Shown piece by piece: positions 24,959-34,254 of a stretch of DNA of 64,000 nucleotides. Source of the DNA: Octopus sinensis. Its lineage: Eukaryota. The first letter of the stretch is position 1. Each line of letters opens with the position of its first letter. The notes under the pieces were generated by a model. The model made no database searches. It was not told the origin of the DNA and worked only from the letters and a program-made list of their open reading frames with translations. The translations under genes and the position numbers were made by a program. The stretch is taken from assembly GCF_006345805.1 (NCBI RefSeq), contig NC_043007.1:42656001-42720000 (forward strand), read 5' to 3'.

Positions 24959-25496
24959 TATATATATATATACATATTTGAAGGCGCATGGCTTAGTGGT
25001 TAGGGTGTTGCACTCACAATAATGAGATTGTGGTTTTGATTCCAAGATTGGGCACTGCATTGTGTTCTTGAGCAAAACACTTCATTTCATGTTGTTCTGT
25101 AATCATTTCGTCATCTAATGTGTGGCATATGGTGCACCTGTACTGGTAATGTCGATTTGATGGAGGGAGTGAGCTTATGTGAACAGAAACATTTGATCAC
25201 TATAAACAAATCATCTGTATGGTTGTTTCACAAGAAATTGATGAATGCCCATACATCGTCTAATGATGGGAGAGTTCATGATATTACTCTTTTAATTGTT
25301 TCAGTCATTTGACTGTGGCTATGTTGGAGCACTGCCTTTAGTCAAACAGATCATCCCCAGGACTTATTCTTTATAAGCCTAGAACTTATTCTATCAGGTT
25401 TTTTAGTCAAAACCGCTAAGTTATGGGAACATAAACACACCAGCATCAGTTGTCAAGTGATGGTAGGGGGGACAAACACAGACACACACATTACTC

Positions 25497-25872
25497 GAAG
25501 CCTTTGACGAAATAGAAGAGGATATAGCTTCACATGATGTAGAAGACAACTGGAGGTTTCTACAGGACAAACTGCTTGTCAATGTTCAAGCGAGGTTGTT
25601 GCCAGTGCCGCTGGACTGGCTCCTGTGCAGGTGGCACGTAAAAAACACCATTTGAGCGTGGCCATTGCCAGTACCGCCTGAGTGGCCCTAATGCCAGTGG
25701 CACATAAAAGCACCCACTACACTCTTGGAGTGGTTGGCATCAGGAAGGGCATCCAGCTGTAGAATCTCTGCCAGATCAGATTGGAGCCTGGTGCAGCCAT
25801 CTGGTTCGCCAGTCCTCAGTCAAATTGTCCAACCCATGCTAGCATGGAAAGCGGACGTTAAATTATGATGAT
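25497..25872 (+). mobile_element. Short RTE derivative: ~100-bp ORF-like piece joined to the RTE 3'UTR/tail
   Basis: 25590-25872 matches the RTE 3' end (cgtccaacccatgctagcatggaaagcggacgttaa + (GAT)n). The preceding bases read LLEAFDEIEEDIASHDVEDNWRFLQDKLL, like RTE pre-RT sequence. Confidence 0.6.
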
Positions 25873-26812
25873 GATATATATATATATACAACAGACTTCT
25901 TTCAGTTTCCATCTACCAAATCTACTCACACGGCTTTGGTTAGCTTAATACTATAGTAGAAGACATTTGCCCAAGGTGACATGCAGTGGAACTGAACCCA
26001 GAACCATGTGGTTGGAAAGTAAGCTTCTTACCACACAGCCACACCTGTGCCTATATATATGTTCTTTTACATTCTTTTACTTGTTTCAGTCACTCAACTG
26101 TAGTCATAAAGGCACATAATCACTCACATGTTTTTTTATTTTGAATTGCATTTTATGATGCTGAAAATGCACACAAAACTACAGGTAAATGGCACCATAC
26201 CCATCGCCAGGTTTTGGTTCTGGGGGTGCTTCAGGATATTCTGTGAGGGCACTAATTTGTAATAATGCAAAAGTGGAGTTTCAAAGCAAGTGTGCCACTG
26301 TAAATCTAAGAATGTACCATTGAATAGTGAGGCGGGGAGCCGTCTAGTGTACTCCCTTAGCAACAGGCATGTTTGGCACAGTAGACAATTTTCAACCTTA
26401 CTCGACAGGAACACCGGATTATATTACACAAACTTAAGGAGACTTTCCAGGTTTTATTTTATCTATTTTTTAAGATGGTAGGATATGATAAAAAAATGAG
26501 GCTACCATTTCTAAAAGAATGAATGGCTACGTGGAGGATCCTTTGAATTTAGTTGCTACTTAACTCCAAATCAACTCTTATCAAGAAGATCTGTGATCAA
26601 AGCATTCCTGCAGGGTATATCCAAGTTACATTATCTAATGTGTCCATAGGTGTGGGCTTGAGAAAGATTTAACAAGTTGATTGACCACATAGAGGCTGTC
26701 CTGTTAGCTAGATTGAATTTAATCATCTTCTGTGGTAACATTTCTCCCCCCCTCTCTCTCTCCCATTAAGTGTGTGTGTGTATGATGATGATGACATGCA
26801 TACATACATATA

Positions 26813-27618
26813 CAGGAGTTGGACAAAATAATGGAAGCACCTTAAAATTTCATACAAATTTATTTTAATATAGGACAAGACTGCTTTTGGCAGTAATTAC
26901 AGCTTGAATTCTACAAGGTATGGACTTGTACAAAGTTTAAATTGTTTCGAAAGGAATTTTTGTCCATTCTTCAGCTAAAACAGTCTCCAGTTCTTTTAGT
27001 GATGATGGTGGAAGATATTGACTCCTTACTTGTTTTTCTAAAATGCACCATAAATATTCAGTGATATTGAGATCTGGGGTTTGTAGTGGCCAGAAAAGAT
27101 GTTCATCTTCACTAGAATGTTGCTCGTGTCAGTAACAACTTTAGCTGTGTAAATTGGTGCAACCATAGGATAAATTTGATCAGATAAAATGCTTAAATAG
27201 TCTTGACTATTAATTCTGCCATGAAGGGAAACCATTGGGCCAGTGGATTTTCAAGATATAGCACCCCAGATCCTCCTCCATTTTTAACAGTTGGAAGAAG
27301 GCAGTCTGAGTCAAATGTTTCTTTTGGCTGTCTCCACACATATACTCAGCTAGTAGTCGGAAATAAGGTAAAGGATGATTCGTCCGAGAAAATAACATTC
27401 TTCCACTGCTCTAGGGACCAATTCTGTAGGTTTTTTACTCCACTCTAAACACTTTGAAACGTTTGTTTTTGAAAGTAGTGGTTTTCTGATTTCTGCCCTC
27501 CAGTGAAATCCGGCTTTGTGCAGCTCCTGGCGAGCAATTTTTGTGGAAACTGGGTTCTTGAGGTGGTCATTAAGCTCTGCAGTAATTTTGGGAGCTGTAC
27601 TTTTTTTATCCTTTCTAA
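26813..27618 (-). mobile_element. Tc1-type transposon, 3' half
   Basis: TA + caggagttggacaaaataatggaagcacc TIR. Transposase pieces IFSDESSF, HGRINSQDYLSIL and FWPLQTPDLN (cf. WPPQSPDLNPIE). Ends at the tail of the adjacent LINE. Confidence 0.8.
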
Positions 27619-28937
27619 CAATTCAATTCAATTCAATTTTTATTGGCTATAAAGCAAAAGCAAGGCCATGTAGGGGGACAGGGAGTTATGTACGAGGGTG
27701 GTCATACAAAGAGTTCAGGCCATTTCTGGTCAAGAGAGACTTTGAACCAAGCGGTCGTCAGCATCTTCACTATCTCGTCCGGCAGCTTATTCCATGGATC
27801 CGCAACCTGGACAGATAAAGCTCCTCTCCTTTGATTGAGATGAAATCGTCATAGATACAGCTTTTTGGAGTGACCCTGCAGCCCACGCTCCAGAGCAGGA
27901 GTGAAGAACAGCTCTTTCGAGAGGTTACACTTTCCACTTATGATGTTGTGAGCGAGAATGAGATCACCATGGCAGCAGCGTTTTTCGAGAGAATAAAGGT
28001 CGAGCGTCTTCAGCCTTTCTTCATAAGACAAATGCTTGACACCAAGAACCATGTGCATAGCCAGCTTCTGGACTCTTTCGAGATGATGTATGTCTTTGAG
28101 GAGATAAGGAGAAGAGGCTTGAATCCCGTACTCTAATATGGGTCTCACCAGCATGACATAGAGCGGTAGGAATATGGCTGCTGTGAGCATTCTGAATGAC
28201 CGTCGAATCAAAAACAGAACTCTGCGTGCTTTGTTGGCAGCATGGACACATTGAGTCGAAGGCGAAAAGGAAGAATCCACCAAGATATCCAGGTCCTTTA
28301 CTTGGTCCATCTTCTCCAGCAGCAGACAACCCAGCTCGAAATCAAGTTGAGTTGCAGGAGAGGAGCCAACAGGCAGATGACAGCACATTCAGACACAGGT
28401 CTCATTCATTTGACCATCTCCAAACTTGGTGGAGGCATCGACGAAGATCATCTATATCATTGTGAGGAGCGACCAGTTTGACATCGTCGGCAAATAGAAG
28501 GGTGTGTTGCGTGAGGTCGTCGGGCAAGTCATTGATGAAGACTAAAAACAATAACGACCCAAGCACTGAACCTTGAGGCATGCCACTGCTCGCACTGGAG
28601 ACGTTGGACAGCAAACCATTAACCTGGACTTGGAAGGAGCAATCTAAGAGAAAGGCACCAACCCATCGTACAATATCCAGATGGAAACGATATGCTTGAA
28701 GTTTGACAAGTAATAGGCAGTTGTTAACCGAGTCAAAAGCTTTGGCAAAGTCCAATAAAATGATGTCAACAGCATCACCATCATCCAGGATACGTGTCAC
28801 CAATTCTTCCATTACCAGTAAGTTGGTCAAGCATGATCTCTTCGGCACGAAGCCGTGTTGGGAATCAGAGATAGAGGCTGTGTTTTGGAGGTGGAGCTAC
28901 ATACTTTTCTTGAGGATGGTTGATTGCAGAGAAGACT
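27619..28937 (-). mobile_element. 5'-truncated CR1/L2-type LINE with (TTGAA)n tail
   Basis: QHGF, RSCLTNLL, LDFAKAFDSV, GMPQGSVLG, LFADDVKL, RPILEYG, LERVQK; one frameshift near 28395. Confidence 0.9.
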
Positions 28938-28944
28938 TATGATT

Positions 28945-29158
28945 CCTGAGCAGTGCTTAAATGGTAGGGGAGGGCCTGGAATTTACTTGCATTGAATTGC
29001 ATGTTGTTATCCTCAGCCCATGTATAGATGGCATGTAGATCTTTCTGCAAGAGCATAGCATCAGAGGTTTCCTTGACTGACTGTGCAACCTTTGTTTTGT
29101 CGACATCACTGATAAGCATGGCTACCTGTGTCACTGATGGCATATCCGATAGGGCTAC
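28945..29158 (-). mobile_element. Second CR1/L2-type RT fragment
   Basis: DKTKV...LQKDLHAIYTWAEDNNMQFNASKF matches the post-YADD RT region; divergent from the adjacent LINE. Confidence 0.65.
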
Positions 29159-29199
29159 ATAAATATATACATGTATATATACACATATACACATGCGTG

Positions 29200-29280
<81 letters not shown>

Positions 29281-29374
29281 TACATTAAAAGGCTTCTAAA
29301 AGAAGAAGTGAGTACTAGATACACAAAAGTTGGATAAATTTAGTGAAATGAAAATTAAAAACGTTTACAAACTC

Positions 29375-29456
29375 GGTTCATCTTATACTGCAGTTTCGTC
29401 TTTTTCAGCATTAAATATAATTTATCTGCTCAGGTCAGATTCTTCAGTAAGCAACC
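29375..29456 (-). ncRNA. Candidate type I hammerhead ribozyme (Penelope-type, palindromic stem III)
   Basis: GGTT-G-CTTA CTGAAGA [43 nt] GAAA CTGCAG TA TAAG-ATG-AACC. Perfect core boxes, 2-bp stem III with UGCA palindromic loop, GUA cleavage triplet, 4+4 bp stem I. Confidence 0.55.
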
Positions 29457-29607
29457 TGTTATCCTAGAAGTACATATCAATAGAAGCACGTGTGACTCTA
29501 CTGATTTGCATTCTCTAACTTTTCAGATCATTGCGCAGATGCAGAACATACCCGACAGAGGGGGTTCTGGTGTAGGGTCTAACGGTCAAAATTTATCGAG
29601 AAATATG

Positions 29608-29732
29608 TAAACATAGTAAAAAAGCGATAAAATAAATTATTATTGCCGGTGATCTAGCCTAATGGCTAAAATGTCTTTTGTGCTAGATCACCGGCAATAA
29701 TAATTTATTTTATCGCCTTTTTACTATGTTTA
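29608..29732. repeat. Hairpin, 51-bp arms with a 23-nt spacer
   Basis: Arms 29608-29658 and 29682-29732 differ at 1 position; (TA)n on the right. Confidence 0.9.
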
Positions 29733-29789
29733 TATATATATATATATACATGCAAACATATATATAAATATTTATATATACATAGAGAA

Positions 29790-30091
29790 CCACGAGAACC
29801 ATCCGAACGTGGCCGTAGCCAGCGCCACCCGACTGGCCTCCGTGCCGGTGGCACGTAAAAAGCACCATCCGATCGTGGCCGTTTGCCAGCCTCGTTTGGC
29901 ACCTGTGCCGGTGGCACGTAAAAAAGCACCCACTACACTCACGGAGTGGTTGGCGTTAGGAAGGGCATCCAGCTGTAGAAACACTGCCAGATCAGACTGG
30001 GCCTGGCGCAGCCTTCTGGCTTCCAAGACCCCAGTTGAACCGTCCAACCCATGCCAGCATGGAAAGCGGACGTTAAATGATGATGATGATG
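29790..30091 (+). mobile_element. RTE 3'-end-derived short element with (GAT)n tail
   Basis: Two units of the ~64-bp repeat followed by the same 3' terminus as the 22528 element. Confidence 0.8.
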
Positions 30092-30187
30092 ACAGCAATA
30101 AGAAAATGGATGGGATCAAGAGGTGGTATTCAATGTCTAAAAGTTGATGAAACCACCTCTTGATCCCCTCCATTTTCTTATTGCTGT
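30092..30187. repeat. 96-nt hairpin (36-bp arms, 24-nt loop), likely Tc1/mariner-type micro-MITE
   Basis: Arms match at 35/36 positions; CAG...CTG termini with TA on the right. Confidence 0.85.
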
Positions 30188-30377
30188 ATATGTGTGTGTG
30201 TGGTATAGCTGCAGGAGTTGCTGTGGTAAGAAACTTGCTTCCCAACCACATGGTCTTGGGTTCCATCCCACTTGGGCAAAAGTCTTCTACTATTGCTTCA
30301 AGCCAATCAATGCCTTGTGAGTGGATTCTTAGACAGAAACTGGTAGAAACTCGTATATATATGTGTGTGTGTATTAT

Positions 30378-30700
30378 GACGAGGAGGGTTCCAGTTGATC
30401 CGATCAATGGAACAGCCTGCTCACGAAATTAACGTCGGAGGAGCACTCCACAGAAACGTATCAGGGAGATTCACCGTGACAAGGCTGGCCCTTTGAAATA
30501 CAGGTGTCACAGAAACAGGAAGAAAGAATGAAAGAAAGTTGGTTAAAAGAGTACAATAGGGTTCTTCCCCACCTCCTGCCAGAGCTTCGTGGAGCTTTAG
30601 GTGTATTTATTCAACACTCACAACGCTCGGTCCGGGAATCGAAACCGCGAAACCACAACCGCGAGTCTGCTGCCCTAACCACTGGGCCATTACGCCTCCA
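30378..30700 (-). mobile_element. tRNA-derived SINE
   Basis: Head tggaggcgtaatggcccagtgg...ggtttcgattcccgg; body shared with 1855-2232. Confidence 0.75.
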
Positions 30701-30718
30701 CATATAGGTAATGTCTCA

Positions 30719-30890
30719 GGCGGCGAGCTGGTAGAAACGTTAGCACGCCGGGCGAAATACATAACGGTATTTCGTCTGCCGTTACGTTCTGAGTTCAAAT
30801 TCCGCCGAGGTCGACTTTGCCTTTCATTCTTTCGGGGTCGATAAATTAAGTACCAGTTATGCACTGGGGTCGATGTAATCGACTTAATAC
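30719..30890 (+). mobile_element. SINE (third family), CpG-intact copy
   Basis: ggcggcgagctggtagaaacgttagcacgccggg...gttcaaattccgccgaggtcgac; many decayed copies (e.g. ~630, 4168, 51900-52115, 58410). Confidence 0.75.
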
Positions 30891-32139
30891 CTATGTCTAT
30901 CCTTGTTTGTCCTTGTGGGTAATAAAGAAATATGTATATATATGTGTGTGTATGTGTCTGTCTGTCCCTTTATCACCACTTGACAACCAGTGTTGGTGTG
31001 TTTACGTCCCAGTAACTTAGCGATTCTGGAAAAGAATCCGATAAAATAAGTACCAGGCTCAAAAAATACGTACTGGGGTCGATTCATTTGAATAAAAATT
31101 CAAGGCGGTGCCCCTATCCTGGCTGCAGTTTAACGACTGAAACAGGTAAAAGATATATGTATACACACACACACACACTCACACCAGATGTAAACTACAT
31201 TAAAAGTTTATTTTATGTAATTCAAAGATTGTCTGGTAAAGAATTCAATGCACTGGTTAAAGAGAAAAAATATGTTTATTATATTTATATCGAAAGTTGA
31301 CTTTTCACACCGGGTCGGTGTGATCGGTTGTAGGATACTAGATAAATAAAGCATTAGAAGATACAAGGTGAAATGACCTCAACCAAATTTTGATGATTCA
31401 TTCTCAAACTATCGTCTATGAAACTTATCTCTTTAGTGTTATGTTTTAAGCTTCGTTTGAATTATTTTTCATATGAACGAAATCCTCATGTTGCCGTGAA
31501 CCGGATTGCGGTTGAAACTGGACAGAGAAAATTATTTCTTGCATGACAATTTAAAATTAAGAAAGTATTAAAGGCCGAACTTTGAAGAGACTGAGCAGCA
31601 TATTCGACTGAATTAATAGAGTTTGTTTAATATCTATCAGGTGTTAATAATGATACTTATTTTATTATCCTGAGAGTGATTGTCAAGCAAATTCTACTCT
31701 GACGTCTATTGAACTCAGGAAGAATGATGTAAAACTAGATTTTGTATAGTGTCCAGTATGATTTGCTACAACATGCAGCTAAAGATTTAAGAGTGAAGAA
31801 TTAGTGAACTGTTATGATAACACCACGTTGAAAGTGAAAAGATACAAAGCATAAACTGAAAACGATTATCTTAATATATATTACGAAAGCTACGTGAGAG
31901 AAAAAGATATCCACAAAATATAAAGTTAAAATCAATCGCGCCAAACACTACGTGACCGCTAGAAACAGTAGCTGAATCGTTCTTAAACCCACACCCATCG
32001 CCTTAGAAACAAAAGACACGTTGGGTAATGTAACCAGGACACAAATGTGTTTGGCAAAATAACAAAATTCTGGGGTGGGAAAGCTGCTAACTGATCATTC
32101 AACCGATTAGAAATAACATAAATTTCTTTCAACTCATCT

Positions 32140-32392
32140 CTTACTATCGTCTTACATGAGGTAACACGAGGTATGGATTGAGATACATTATATTTAGAAT
32201 AAATAAATCAATAAATAAAAAGGTGGAAGGGTCGCGATTGCGATGTTTTCGCTCATTGGTATGCTCGATCAGGGCTAACTTGAACCTGAACATCAACAAC
32301 ATGCGACGTGTGCCTGAGATATGCTTAGCCAAGTGGTTACTTGGAGCCATGTTGGTAGTATATCACGCTTCAAATTACGAAAATAACAGTTA
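32140..32392 (-). mobile_element. Possible pogo/Tigger-like 5' remnant
   Basis: TRRMLLMFRFKLALIEHTNERKHRNR resembles the pogo N-terminal HTH pattern (RxSY..FKL.VI..A....NR); TIR-like ctgttattttcg at ~32390. Confidence 0.3.
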
Positions 32393-32399
32393 ACCCATT

Positions 32400-32766
32400 T
32401 ACATAAAAGTCTCTTTAGACACGTTGTAATTGCTGAAAATATAGAGGGAATATTTAAAAAAACTATTTAAGTAATATTTGTCAGTTTTACGTTTCTAAAA
32501 ACTATCAAGTTGTTATCTTTTGAACTTTGGAATTTTACTAAACTCTGTATAATTCTGGAATTCAATATATGGTAAGATCTGTTGCCCTTGTTCTGTCCGT
32601 CTGCTTACACCGACAATGTTGAAAAAAGCTGTTGAACTACAGGTTGAATACCAGACGTACTATCTGCACCCATAATAACCACGGAGGTAAAATAATGAAC
32701 GCACAATAACCGTGTTATTGTTTAAACCATGTGTTTCGAACTGAAAATATTAACGTGATCCAAGCC
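32400..32766. promoter_or_regulatory. Putative ABHD18 promoter/5'UTR, possibly bidirectional
   Basis: Unique CpG-retaining sequence just upstream of GCCATG. Splice-donor-like GTAAGA on + (32572) and GTAAGC on - (32608). Small stem caataac-cgt-gttattg at 32703-32719. Confidence 0.45.
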
Positions 32767-34254
32767 ATGAGTCGACTCGATCAGTGGTACCGTCGCTTCT
32801 TGATATCGAAACTGTTTACCAAAGGCTGGGGTAAACCAGAAAACTTGAAAAAACTGTTCAACTGTAGGAAAATTATCTCGAATCGAGAGGAATGCATTAA
32901 GTTAGTTCCACCCGACTATCCTGTACATATCGACAAGGATATAGAACAGGATGACCACCGCATATTGGAAGGACATTTCCTCTCGCCCTTCGCAGTCTAT
33001 ATGTCAGATGTGATGCCCAAAGAAGTTGAAATCGCCAAATTTCAAATGATTTTACCTAAATTATGGAAATCTCAACTAAAGCCGGTTTGTGTTCAACTGG
33101 GTGGCACTGGAGACCATTTCTACTGGAGAAGACGAACGTTGTTGGGGAAACCTTTACTGAAGGAGTTTGGAATCGCTTCAATCATTCTTGAAAATCCTTA
33201 CTATGGCATGCGTAAACCAAAACAACAGTTACGATCGGCGTTGCACAATGTAAGTGACCTTTTCGTAATGGGCGGAGCTCTCATCCTAGAGTCGTTAGTA
33301 TTGCTTAACTGGTGTGAACAGCAAGGGTGGGGTCCTTTGGGCATCACTGGTATTTCAATGGGGGGACATATGGCTTCCTTGGCTGCGTCAAATTGGAATA
33401 AACCTCTTTCACTAATACCCTGTCTGTCCTGGAGTACCGCGTCTGGTGTATTCACACATGGTGTTCTCAGTGAAGCCATCCCCTGGCGAGTTTTACAGTC
33501 TCAGTATCTGGAAGAAAGTCAGTATGGGACCGATATCAAGAAAATGATCCACTCCCCCGAAGATGTGGCCAGAGCCTTCCGCCTTGGACAGAAATATGTA
33601 CAAGATATGGACGAGTCCTTAAAAGATGTCCTCAACTTTTATCGTAGTCAAAATAAACCGTCTTTATTAAATCTAAAACTTGATTTTGAAACCAAAGAAG
33701 AATCCCTCTCTATACGCAAAGAAGATGAAAACAAAATGGTCGATTTTAACCCTAGCAATACTATATCTTTGGAAAACACACAAGCTACTGCTGCTGATTC
33801 TTTTCAAGCCCTTAACAACACTAACATTCTCACAACTTTGTCCAAACCGTCGAAAACAGACTGGAAATCTCGGTATTTATCCCTAAGCTATGCTGCTGCC
33901 AAATCTCACATCACTAGGTCACAGACGACTAAAGAAAAAGAAAAGGAAAAAAGGCATTCTACTAAAAGAGTTTCTGAAGAAGCGTTGAATTTTATGCGAG
34001 ATGTGATGGAAGAGTTCACTCACCTTGGCAATTACACACAACCCGTAGATACTAGTTTGATTATCATTGTGGCTGCAAAACAAGACGCTTACATTCCTCA
34101 TGAAGGGGTCCTCAGTCTGAAGCAGCTATGGCCTGAAGCTGAAGTGCGCTACATTGATTCTGGTCACATATCTGCCTTCTTGTTCAACCAAAAAACCTTC
34201 CGAATGGCTATCAAAGATGCATTTGATAAACAGATTCAGAAGTATTACACGTAG
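32767..34254 (+). CDS. ABHD18: Alpha/beta hydrolase domain-containing protein 18 (C4orf29 family), single coding exon, 495 aa
   Basis: MSRLDQWYRRFLISKLFTKGWG, GTGDHFYWRRR, LENPYYGMRKP, nucleophile GISMGG, QDAYIP (Asp), GHISA (His). ATG in GCCATGA context; the ORF track start at 32731 is a GTG. Confidence 0.95.
   Translation: MSRLDQWYRRFLISKLFTKGWGKPENLKKLFNCRKIISNREECIKLVPPDYPVHIDKDIEQDDHRILEGHFLSPFAVYMSDVMPKEVEIAKFQMILPKLWKSQLKPVCVQLGGTGDHFYWRRRTLLGKPLLKEFGIASIILENPYYGMRKPKQQLRSALHNVSDLFVMGGALILESLVLLNWCEQQGWGPLGITGISMGGHMASLAASNWNKPLSLIPCLSWSTASGVFTHGVLSEAIPWRVLQSQYLEESQYGTDIKKMIHSPEDVARAFRLGQKYVQDMDESLKDVLNFYRSQNKPSLLNLKLDFETKEESLSIRKEDENKMVDFNPSNTISLENTQATAADSFQALNNTNILTTLSKPSKTDWKSRYLSLSYAAAKSHITRSQTTKEKEKEKRHSTKRVSEEALNFMRDVMEEFTHLGNYTQPVDTSLIIIVAAKQDAYIPHEGVLSLKQLWPEAEVRYIDSGHISAFLFNQKTFRMAIKDAFDKQIQKYYT

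Noticed and set aside
26180-26280. Minus-strand exon-like segment EYPEAPPEPKPGDG(YGAIYL), phase-compatible with the 21456 segment
   Set aside because: The sequence (catcgccaggttttggttctgggggtgc) looks like a GC-rich MITE terminus, no matching upstream exon was found, and the peptide is not recognised.
29641-29680. Second hammerhead-like core CCGGTGA-TC-TAGCC(TAAT)GGCTA-AAA inside the hairpin
   Set aside because: Two core mismatches, no G12, and no stem III/UH/stem I arrangement downstream.
32731-32766. ORF-track N-terminal extension of ABHD18 (GTG start)
   Set aside because: Homology to ABHD18 begins at the ATG at 32767, which has good Kozak context.
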